Source of the DNA: Orbicella franksi
Taxonomy: Eukaryota
Reading direction: 5' to 3'
Assembly: GCA_964199315.1 (NCBI GenBank)
Contig: OZ116700.1
Coordinates: 11,160,001 to 11,224,000, forward strand
DNA: 64,000 nucleotides
The translations under genes were made by a program, and so were the position numbers. The notes below the pieces were generated by a model. The model did no database searches, was not told the origin of the DNA, and saw nothing but the letters and a program-made list of their open reading frames with translations. Below, one piece after another: positions 12,100-23,183 of this stretch; within the stretch, counting starts at the first letter, position 1; each line of letters opens with the position of its first letter.

Positions 12100-12972
12100 T
12101 TTAGAAATGTAGCTTCAATTGTCTGAATTTTCTAAAACATTAAAGCTACTATTCGGACTGATGAATATTTTTACCGAATTTATTCACGAATTGATTTGTT
12201 GCTTTTCAAAAATTCGTAGCTCCAACTGTTTGATTGTTCTAAAATGATATTGCTTTAGTCTGCAACTGAGAAACATTTTTACTACAGTATTCACTAAGCC
12301 ATCTTTGATTTTCAAATCTTAGCTCTAGTTGTGTGATTCTTTGAAAATTTTATCGCTATCGTTTGTATTCACTATTACATCTATTATCACGAACGCAACT
12401 CCAATTGTCTGATTCTTCTAAAATTAAGTGCTATCGCTTTTGTCAACTATAACATCTACATGTATCATCAGGTACGTAGCTCCAATTGTCTGATTCTTCA
12501 CAAATTTTATCTGTCTTCTGCTACGTACAAAAATTCACCAAAATTTGCTATTAGCTCTTTTGCTTTTCAAAGCTGTAATTTCAATTGTCTAATTTTCTAA
12601 AATGTTATTGCTTTAGTCTGCAACTGAGAAACATTTTTACTACAGTATTCACTAAGCCATCTTTGATTTTCAAATCTTAGCTCTAGTTGTGTGATTCTTT
12701 GAAAATTTTATCGCTATCGTTTGTATTCACTATTACATCTATTATCACGAACGCAACTCCAATTGTCTGATTCTTCTAAAATTAAGTGCTATCGCTTTTG
12801 TCAACTATAACATCTACATGTATCATCAGGTACGTAGCTCCAATTGTCTGATTCTTCACAAATTTTATCTGTCTTCTGCTACGTACAAAAATTCACCAAA
12901 ATTTGCTATTAGCTCTTTTGCTTTTCAAAGCTGTAATTTCAATTGTCTAATTTTCTAAAATGTTATTGCTTT
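12100..12972. repeat. Tandem repeat, 358-bp period (2 near-identical copies plus partials), built from degenerate subunits
   Basis: TGCTTT(AGTC) at 12251, 12609 and 12967; the sub-motif GTAGCTCCAATTGTCTGATTCTTC recurs about every 70-110 bp from 12106. Confidence 0.9.
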
Positions 12973-13371
12973 CGTTCACAAATGACAAAGTTTTACTACA
13001 AGTATTTAACAGAAGCCACGATATACCGTGATACATCTTGAAGCTTGTTGACCAGACATTAATCTCTAACACCTCGCTGGAAGTAATTTCTAGAAGATAA
13101 CGAAGCAAGCCATGAACATTTTTTGAAACTGGCCTATAATTTTTCGGGCTTTAATTTTTCATCTCGGCTTTAAGTGACGGAAGTCCTAAAATTTATCAAA
13201 CGCTAGGACGAGGTTGAAATTTTTCCCTCTTTTTTTTCAGTATTTCGATGGAATAATCGGGTTAATGGCTTGCCTTCGCTATCTTCTTGAAATATATTGC
13301 ATGATGATATCACGTTGAATAGTTAAGCTGTGAATGACGGGCAGCTAGAAATCTATTTACAGAAATAGGAC

Positions 13372-13581
13372 GAGCCAGTTAAAATATCTACAACTGCAAC
13401 GTTTCTGCACAACATCGAGAAGGCGGCGACATTTTAGAATCGCTATAGTTAAAAGAGTTTACATCGTTGGGACTCAAGTGACCCGGTTATATATACTTTC
13501 TTAAATATTGCGATTCAGAAATGTTTCCACCCTCTCAATTTTGTGTAGAAACGTTGCAGTTGTAGAAATTTTAACTTGCTC
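13372..13581. repeat. Foldback element, 41-bp arms
   Basis: 13372-13412 versus the reverse complement of 13541-13581, 3 mismatches. Confidence 0.75.
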
Positions 13582-14630
13582 TTCTCTTTTTTGTTAATAG
13601 GTTTCTAGCTGCTTGTCGTTTTTGCTTGACTATTTTTACAAGAAATCATCATGGAATATGCCGTCTTGAACACAAGCAAATATTCACTGGATTCAAAATC
13701 TTAGTTATTTGAAAAACTAGAATGATTGGAATCAAACGTTTTCCGTTAGTTTCTGTTCAAGATGGTATATGTTGAAATTTTTTTTTGGCGGGAAAAATTC
13801 AAGGGGTACCCCCTTAAAATTTTTGACAAAAAAGTTGTCAGGGGAAACGCTGTGCAAATTTTTCCAATTTTCCCGCCAAAAGTCTTAGTATATATTGGGC
13901 AAATTTTTCGAAGACACCTTTGTAATCAATTTAATTGAATTTCACTTAACTAATTAAGTATTGTAAGCAGAAAATAAAAGATAAATAAAACAATTGAAAT
14001 AAAACAATTGTTGTGAGTACTTTATTGTTTGAAATTTGTATTTACTTACTAATAAAGATTACAAAAGAAATGGTCACCTGAATAAAAAAGATTGCACTTA
14101 CTGACTATTAAGTCAAGTAATAATCTAGAATTAAATTACATCTTTTGAAAAAAAAAAATTGGCGCATGCGTATTTTAGGCGCCGTATTTTTTAAGTCTTT
14201 TGGCGGGAAAATTAAAAATATTTAAACAGATGTTAACAAGAAGTATTTTTTTAAAAAGTTGGCGCATGCGTATTATAAGCGCCCGTATTTTTTCTAAGTT
14301 TTTTGGCGGGAAAATTAAAAATTTAGACGAGGGTTACCCTAAGAGTAAATTTAGGCAGTCAAGACAATTTTTCAGAAAATATTTAATAAACAAGAGAAAC
14401 TGATTTTGTACAAAGCTAACTTTACGAAATAAGCTCGAAATAACTTGACAAAAACTTAGCAGCGAATTTTTTTTTTTCTAAATCTGCTTTTGGTTGAGAC
14501 ATTTTGAATAAACAAGACAATCCATTCTGAAATTGGTCCGTGAAAGGAAACTAGGAAAAAATTGCGATTCTAAACACGAAGGCTAACTATAAAAATTTTT
14601 CCTTTGAGGAAAATCAAAGAATTACGATGC

Positions 14631-15060
14631 TCACGATGCGAGAAGTCGGTGAATCATATGATAGAAACGTACGTGACTATTGAACTACAGTGGTGTTGCG
14701 TTACACGAAGGACCGTTGAGGATATAGTAATAAAGTTTTGCACGGGAATTATTCAAATTCATGAAAAGTTGCCGTATTTTAACTGCTAACTCAGAAAGTA
14801 AAGAATATAAAGTTTCGTTTGATACCCTGCTGCCTTGCTGTTTGTCTGAGCAAGCCAACAAAATAACACTGAAAAGGCACTTCACAATCTTTATTTGCTA
14901 AATTAACAGTCGAATCTCCCGTTGCAACGCCGTGCATTTAAATTTTCGTAAAAAGCCTTATTAACATATTCTCAATGGCCGCTAGTGTAACGCAACACCA
15001 CTGATGCTCAAGAGTCACGTACGCGTCAGTCACACAATCCTCCAAGCTCTCGCATCGTGA
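14631..15060. mobile_element. Foldback/MITE with long (about 115 bp) imperfect TIRs
   Basis: TCACGATGCGAG...CAGTGGTGTTGCGTTACAC versus GTGTAACGCAACACCACTG...CTCGCATCGTGA. Confidence 0.75.
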
Positions 15061-15812
15061 ACAAAGACAAAGGATTAAAATAGAATTAAAATTGGACTAG
15101 AATTCGTAAAAGCAAAGCTGACGAAACTTTTCCTACAAAACCTAACTTTAAATTACTTTTCGGATCAGTTCATCCTTATAGATTGCCTTCGTATTCTGTT
15201 TAACTCTGAGGAAAACATCGCCAATCCTAACGTTTAGTCCACGAAATAAATTTTATCCTATACGTCCTTGGTTTGAAAAAAATCTCTCACAATCTGTCTT
15301 ACTTTCGTCCCTTGCGTACTTCATGTATGTCTGTCTATAGCGTCCTAACTTCTTGATATTGCCTCCAGTGTCATGTCTTGTCTTTGTCTTGTCTTGCCTT
15401 TACCTTCATCTTCCCTCAACCGTCTGGTCACTGAGACTTCCTGAAAAATGAAGCAAAAAAAAAATGAAGCAAAACAGTGAAGCAACTATATGAAGCTTTC
15501 TTCATCGTATCCTAAATACATTGACTACAGAATTCCCTTCTTGATGGTTGTCTTTATTCTCATCCCCTGTTTGCTTGACAATGTACTGATTTTGTAAGGA
15601 GGAATTGGATTTTGGTCACTCTTATATAAGGCTTTGATGTACTTCCTCATTTTCGTTGCTCTTTAAACAAGAGAGGAATAAAGCTGAATTTGCAGACTAT
15701 AGCTGGTAGACCATTGTGTAGGCTTCAAACCCAACAACAGAAACACCAGCAGTAAAATTAATGACAACAATGTGATGCTATTTGATTTAACCACTGATTC
15801 AACATTTTGCTC

Positions 15813-15838
15813 TTGTTGTTGTTGTTGTTGTTGTTGTT
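15813..15838. repeat. (GTT)n microsatellite
   Basis: Directly visible. Confidence 0.9.
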
Positions 15839-17269
15839 TACACAGTAACCCAGATAAAGATTAACCAGCCTCAGCAAAAAACTTCCCTTCTGTGTCTACA
15901 ATACATGCAGTCTCTCAATTACTTTTGCGCTTTCAGCCTAGTAAAACAAACTATCAGGTGATGACAAGAACATTTCAAAGAATTCTACAATAAGTCCCAA
16001 ATATTTGAAGATATTCCAACAAATTTCAGCTCTAATTTGAAAAAGAAAATCAGTAATTATCTAGTACTAATTGTCTCGTGGAATTACAGTTTGCCAACCA
16101 GTTTGATAGCATGATACCATCATTGGTTGGTAAAATCTGGAGTCAGTCAATAACTGTTCATAAGGCTGCTGACATTAAAACATGATCTCTCAAAAAAAAT
16201 TATTTGGAGACAGCTATAAGTTGTTGGAAAACATGGTGTTGTGACCTTTTATGAACTAAAGTTTTTAGAGACCCCATAGATTTTGTTTTGATTGGTTCAA
16301 TTTCAGGCACGTGCAACTATTCGTTAATTAAAACGTTTAAATTTAATGTCACAAATTTAATGTTTAGTGCTGGGGTGTGCCAAATCAAGTGGATTGGGAT
16401 TTGTTTGAATCGAACTGATGGTGTGTTGTTGTCTTAAACATTTAACAAGGGTTTTAACTGATTGCAGGAAATTTTGAGGATCATCGCAACATCTCCAAAA
16501 CACATGGTGAGATGAAAGCATGAACTGTACAAGTTAAGGTGACTCCTCAGAAATAATAGTTGTCAAACAATTTTTTTGAAACTTTCCCTGAATGTTCCCT
16601 ACCAAGCAATGTTTCAACAAAACAGAATAAAAAAGATAGGTCACCATGCTACCACCTCACACCCACTTCAGTCTCCAGACTCATATAGTACACTTTTTTC
16701 TTTGTCTTTACATTTCACTGGTATAAAAAACTGTAAATGCACAAGTAAATATATTTATACATGCTCGCAAAAGATCAGCCAATCTTACCCCATTTATGCC
16801 TAATCATGTCTGTTAAAATTTTGTTGGTAATCACATCACAGTTTGCAAAAGCTGGAAGCAAAGTTTTCAAAAGGAAAACACCTTGATATGTAGAAAGTCT
16901 TAGGCACACACAACAATGTTATATATAGTTTCCTGTAATATCACACAAATCATTTTAAATGAAATGGGTTCATGATTTGTGTCCTCAAGTAATGGTTTTG
17001 GACTGGCTTTTACCTTATCTTTTTTTCCTTCCAAACAATTTTTTACAACAAAATTAGGTATCAAAAAATATAGGTCACCATGCAAATCTGAGAGAAAACG
17101 AGCGTTTATTTTGCTGTCGAGCTTTAAAGCATGAAGGAAATCTCTTGATGTTGTGTATGTACAACGTATGTGTCTGTGCATACAATTGTGAGCATGCGCT
17201 AATGATGCAAGAATCATGCACAGTAGAGATGCGGGATGCAATTCGGAGGAATCACCTTTAAACTTTGAC

Positions 17270-17960
17270 TAATCTGTCAGTTGTCAGTAAGGATGTTGGA
17301 ATCAAAACAATGTTTGCCAGTTGAAATTTGAGATAAAAACATGACTTGTCAGTTACATGTAAATTTTGGAATTATCTGTCAGTTGTAAGTAAGGATGCTA
17401 AGAAGAAAACATGTTCTGTCAGTTAAAAGTAGGAAACATCTGTCAGTTTTGAATAAGGAAGTGATCACAACATAACTGGTTAGTTCAAATTTGGAATCAT
17501 CTATCAGTTGTGAGTAAAGATGCCCAACTCAGATCATGATTTGTCAATAAGGATGTTCAGATCAAAACACAATTTCTCGGTGAAAATTTTGAAATCAAAT
17601 ATGATTTTGTCCCTTGAAATTTCGAGTCATCTGTCACATGCCAGAATGGAGGTTGAGATCAAAGCATGATTTTGTCAGATAAAATTTGAAATTATCTGTC
17701 AGTTGTCAGTATGGATGTTGAGATAAAAACATGATTTGTCAGTTAAATGTTAAAATTTGAATCATCTGTTAGTTGTGTAAGGATGTTGAGATAAAAATAT
17801 GATTTGTCTGTTAAAATTTGGAAATTATCATCTGTCTGTGGTCAGAGCAGATGCTGCCATGGAAACTGTATTGCCAGATAAATTGTCAGTTGTCAGTGAG
17901 GATTTTGAGATCAAAGCATGATTTGTCAGTAAACATTTGGAGCCATCTGTCAGTTGACAA
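17270..17960. repeat. Degenerate minisatellite, about 60-70 bp unit
   Basis: ATCTGTCAGTTG...AAGGATGTTGAGAT.AAAACATGATTTGTCAGTT recurs about 10 times. Confidence 0.8.
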
Positions 17961-18623
17961 TTTTTTTGTTACAAATTATTTCAATAATTTAACAAACAGA
18001 CAATGATGAGAATAAGGAAAATCATCAACTAGGAAATATTATATACTGCAAGCAAATTTTCAAACCTCACACCCCCAAAATATATACAATAATTGGGGAG
18101 AATTCAAATTTATTTTGAGCCTGGGCACTTTAAGACCTGATCAGTTTATGAAGGTCAAAAAACATTTTTGAACCTCAGGAGAATCTTGAAATTTTTAAAA
18201 ATGGACTAGATCTACACATTAATCATTGCTTGTCTTAAGATGAAGAAGCACCACTTTTAGTTAACAAATCCTTGCAAAAAAAATTCAAACTTTCTGTCTA
18301 ATCAATAAACAGCATGGATGTTCCCAAAATGATCTTGACACCAACAAGTGTCATTCAAACAAATTTCTCAAGATTGAATTCCATCTTATAATGGTACTCT
18401 GTATCTGTTCTTCAGAGCGATTAAAATTATAGTGATACACTAGTCCACTGACTAGAGATAAAGAAAAACTTTGACTGACCGGCCGTGCTTGATGTATTTC
18501 ACTTTCTCCACATATCTTTTGGTGTTCATGTGTTTCCTGTTTGCCCTGATGAGAGATACAAATATTTTGTTGAGTAACTTACAATTTCTTATTGTTGGTC
18601 AGTACATATTTCTCACTGCACAA

Positions 18624-18657
18624 CTGATGACGGATGATGTCTCACCCGAAACATGTA
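18624..18657 (+). ncRNA. Possible decayed minimal hammerhead ribozyme (Penelope-like element terminus)
   Basis: CTGATGA - 17 nt - GAAAC-AT-GT-A: core motifs in the right order with a palindromic stem III (ACATGT) and a GUA cleavage triplet. Stem I and the stem II closing pair are defective. Confidence 0.3.
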
Positions 18658-19987
18658 TTTTCTTCATTATAAATAATGAACTTCAAAACCATCATGTGGT
18701 TCATCAAAGCCATAACTATAATAAGACTAAGAGTAGTAATATATACAGTAATAGTGTAGGTACACTTGTGAACACCAGTGCAGATACCAGAAAGACAGAC
18801 TGACCTGATCTAGCTGTATGTGACTCTCCCAATGATCTTAGCTGTCCAATGCTGTTATTTGCTTCTTGTTCGTCTGATAATAAATGAAAATATTTCACTG
18901 AAAGACCTATCATTTGTTGTTTACTTTTGAGTAGAACTAATTGCATGCTACATTGAAAATAGCATTAAAAATGAGGTGTTACTAATAATTTTAAGTGATC
19001 CGTTGTCAACAGCAGCTTTCTCAAGTATTAACATTTTTCCAGCAATTCACAAATCAATGCATTCTCCAGGTAAATAAGCTCATTATTCAACCTTGTCAAC
19101 ACATCACTTGAGATAATCTAATGTCCTTTTATATGAGGCCTTAAACTACTTTATTTAGTCAGGTCAATTTTCCAAGCTTTTGCCGATTCATGGCATCACT
19201 GACTTGTCCAGACTAAATACAGTGGTTTAACACCCCACTTGAAAGAACACTAGATTATCCAGTATGCTAAGTCTGAAGGATGACATTCAAGCTTACGTCA
19301 AGATAAGTTTAGCACTCGTAATACAGGAGTTTGAACATTTCTACACTAAGATAATGATGTCATATTCAACAACCATGTTATCCCCTGCGTCATTTCTTAA
19401 CAGAAAGCATTCCGACTGATAAGTACTACATGTAGGACTTGTAGCTGCCATGCATGCCATGCCATGCCTAATCACGTGTGTTATTTTGTTAGTTCATGTT
19501 ACATTTTGCAAAAGCTGGATATATATACTCCCTGCATTATACATGTATACAAACAAAATTACCTTTTGAATGGCTCTATCTGATAATTCCTAAAAATAAA
19601 TAACAATAAAAAAAAAACAGTAAGATAAATTTTAAGTAACAAAAGTGACGAACTTCACTTAAAAATGGACAGATACTGTATTTTTTCAATTATAAGATGC
19701 ACCATTGACTTTCAGACATAAGTGTATCAAGTTTACAAACTGAAAATTTGTCCTTAATACTTGGTTATAAGACGCAACCTGAATTACAGGACAGTTGTTA
19801 ATTACACTAACTTCGATAACAACAATATGCTTTCAAATTTGCTAATTATGGTCCCAAACAAAAGCGAAAAAGTCACAAATTACAATGTACCAAACAACAG
19901 TGAAATGAGAAACACTTCAAAGTCTTACCCACAGTTTAAGCTCTTTAATAGATATATTTATTTGAAAAAATTATTGCAATGACTAAC

Positions 19988-22900
19988 TTTGACAAGTCTT
20001 GACAAGCTGATTCTGCCACAATGTTCAGTGTCTTCCAATTCACTGGCAGTCATGGTTTCCTCTTCGGGTGTTTGCCTTTGAGAAATAACACAGATATAAA
20101 ACAAATGAACAAAATTTTCATAAACACGAAAAGCTCTCATGCTCTTTTAACTGGAATATACATTGATATTTAAGACTTCATGGAAAAGCAAAAACACATC
20201 AACAACAAATGGCAATAGAGCGGTCGGTTTAGTGGCTAAATTAATTAGACAATAACTTTGGTTGTGGTTTTGGTTTTACTTCGGTTTGAGATCGGCTGAG
20301 TAGTCTAATTGGTAAGTAATTGGTTTGGTTTTGGTTTTACGACACTGAATTGAAAATCGCTCTAAGTTACAGTTGAATGTGTACTATTATTAAAAACTGG
20401 ATCACTGGATAATGCAATTCAAGTGTTTTCATTGGTTTAGCCATCATGTTATATGAGTAATTATACCATGCTCTATAAATATTGCAAGTTGCGCGTAATT
20501 TTTTGGTGTATTTCTGCCTTTATTTTATTTTAGTTCTCTATATTTTGGGAGTGTTTTTCGTAAAACAACAATCCCGCTTGCGCTTGTTGGATATGAGATG
20601 ATTATAGCCAACTTGGCACTACAGGCCTTGTTGGCTATCTACTATCTCGTATCCAACGTGCACTCATGGAATAGTTGTTAACTATTATTCAAATTAATCT
20701 AGACACGACAACTACTCATGAGTTTCACAGCTAGTGGTTTAGGCAAAGGAACAGTACAATTCCAGTGAATTGAGCAACGTCAATGGCATGGAAGTCATGA
20801 CACTACAGCAAGCCAATACAATTTCACTATGTAGAGTATAAAAAATCACTCAGAATTGCTTCATACCCAGTATGTAGCTTTACTATGTTACCTAGAACTA
20901 GGATCCATCTCACATCAGTATCATCCTAGCAACAGAGCTCTGAGGGTCCACATATGGGCTGGGCGGGATGCGGGATTTGGCATTTTTTCGTGGTGATAAT
21001 TTGAGATTCGAGCCAAAAACAGAAGCGGGAGTGGGATTATTTCTGTGGGGTTGGGATGCAAGATTCACAAGCGGAACAGAGTGGGATACGTGACTTCATA
21101 AATTGACCAGCCCAAAAACTGCGAGCTGGAGGGTAGAAATGAACCTTATGTACATATAGCAGATTTCCAGACAAAAAAGGTGGGATGGCAGGATTAACAG
21201 GAAAAAATGGGTGGGAAAGCGGGATCTCAGAACACTATTGTGGACCTTCAGCACCAGCTATCTACTATTTGGGTTTTCAGGAAAATGGCTAGTCCTATGT
21301 ACATATTCTATGAACAGTCAAACGTATCGCTTTATTATATAAAAACCAATGAAATACCAGGTGAGCTTTCGCGTGAAAGCGTGACATCTTCACATGTGAA
21401 AAGATCACTGTTGCTACGGTTACACAATAAATGGCATCTTTCGCAGCAAAAGCAAAACAGTTTGGGATTCCACTGGTGTTTATATAATAAATAACACAGG
21501 ATTAACAGGAAAAAATGGGTGGGAAAGCGGGATCTCAGAACACTATTGTGGACCTTCAGCACCAGCTATCTACTATTTGGGTTTTCAGGAAAATGGCTAG
21601 TCCTATGTACATATTCTATGAACAGTCAAACGTATTGCTTTATTATATAAAAAACAATGAAATACCAGGTGAGCTTTCGCGTGAAAGCATGACATCTTCA
21701 CATGTGAAAAGATCACTGTTGCTACGGTTACACAATAAATGGCATCTTTCGCAGCAAAAGCAAAACAGTTTGGGATTCCACTGGTGTTTATATAATAAAT
21801 AACACAGGATTAACAGGTAAAAATGGGTGGGAAAGCGGGATCTCAGAACACTATTGTGGACCTTCAGCACCAGCTATCTACTATTTGGGTTTTCAGGAAA
21901 ATGGCTAGTCCTATGTACATATTCTATGAACAGTCAAACGTATTGCTTTATTATATAAAAAACAATGAAATACCAGGTGAGCTTTCGCGTGAAAGCATGA
22001 CATCTTCACATGTGAAAAGATCACTGCTGCTACGGTTACACAATAAATGGCATCTTTCGCAGCAAAAGCAAAACAGTTTGGGATTCCACTGGTGTTTATA
22101 TAATAAATAACACATTACATGGCCACTCGGATATACAAGAGAAACTTCGTCTCTCTGTGCGGCCATGTATTATTATCCTTTACGATATAGATAAAACCCT
22201 GCATGTGCTCTGATTGGTCAAAACCAAATCAAAACCCCATGTTTTATCAGAGTATAAAACAAAGAAAAAGCTTGTTTTATTGTTTTTCGGCACATTACCT
22301 CTATATCATAAAGCAAATGAAGAAGCCTAAGCCTTGTATTACACTGTGATAAAACACTGCGCACATTTGAGAACACCTGAAAAATGTAGAAAACAGGAGC
22401 CTGCGGCTCATGTTTTCTACACTTCCCTTATGTTCTCAAATGCCTGTCGTGTTTTATCACAGTATAATACACGGCTTAGGCCTCTTCATTTGTTAACCAC
22501 ATCTTTTTTATACCTCCCTGAACTGACTGAGGAAGAGGAATCTTTATACATGGTTTCTTTCCCAGTTGGCGTTGAGGTAACTATATATATGAAAAAATGA
22601 GAACAACAAATAGGTATCTAAATCGTCACTGGAAATGCAGTTCACTTCCCTATAGACAAAAAATGGTATGATGGGGGAAATTTACGTACCGTGTGGAGCA
22701 ATTACCGCCCTATCAAGTGATGGTGTGGCTGACAAGGGAGCCACAAAGGATCCAGATGCATGCATATATGGTGATTGATCGTGGTCACTAATGAGAAACA
22801 CAAGGTAAACTCATTCCAATCCGTTATGAATAGCACCAAGTTTAAATCATAAATAAAAGATTAAACATATATCTTGCAAGTCAGTCTCACCTCGAGGGTT

Positions 22901-23183
22901 TTTGTGCCGATTCATAATGATCCATGAGAAAATCAGCAAGTTCTTTGTCACTCGACATGTTTAACTTTTTCCGCAGATCACGCCAACGCTGAAAAGAACC
23001 CAATAAATTTACTTTCAAGTAATCCCTCTTCGCATAGGACAATTTTCTTCGCCTTTTCTTTTCGTCGTCTGACAAAAGCCGCCAATTTCCTGCGACAGAG
23101 GACGTGTCTGCCTGAATCTCCCTACAGTTGGTTCCATCAGCAAGAGTTTCTGGAGTTTGTGTCTGGGACACGTTCAGAAACAT
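19988..23183 (-). CDS. Uncharacterised spliced gene (at least 4 exons; 3' end uncertain)
   Basis: Exons 23183-22891 (ATG; MFLNVSQ...KVNLLGSFQRWRDLRKKLNMSSDKELADFLMDHYE...), 22787-22690, 22580-22514, 20075-19988. All three introns are GT-AG and phase-compatible (2,1,2) with no stop across 182 codons. Confidence 0.65.
20941..21248. mobile_element. MITE (TIR GAGGGTCCACA / TGTGGACCTTC) with GCGGGAT subterminal repeats
   Basis: Inverted ends and repeated GCGGGAT/GTGGGAT motifs; no clean TSD. Confidence 0.55.
21189..22114. repeat. Near-perfect 308-bp tandem triplication
   Basis: CAGGATTAACAGG at 21189, 21497 and 21805; the three 95-aa ORFs in the track are near-identical. Confidence 0.95.
22190..22500. 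mobile_element. Foldback interspersed element (palindrome plus tail with CCAAT box)
   Basis: AAATGAAGAAGCCTAAGCC...TGTGATAAAACAC is inverted against GTGTTTTATCACA...GGCTTAGGCCTCTTCATTT. Confidence 0.7.

Noticed and set aside
21207-22110. Three identical 95-aa ORFs or a CRISPR-like array
   Set aside because: A plain 308-bp tandem triplication of non-coding repeat DNA with no unique spacers; eukaryotic context.
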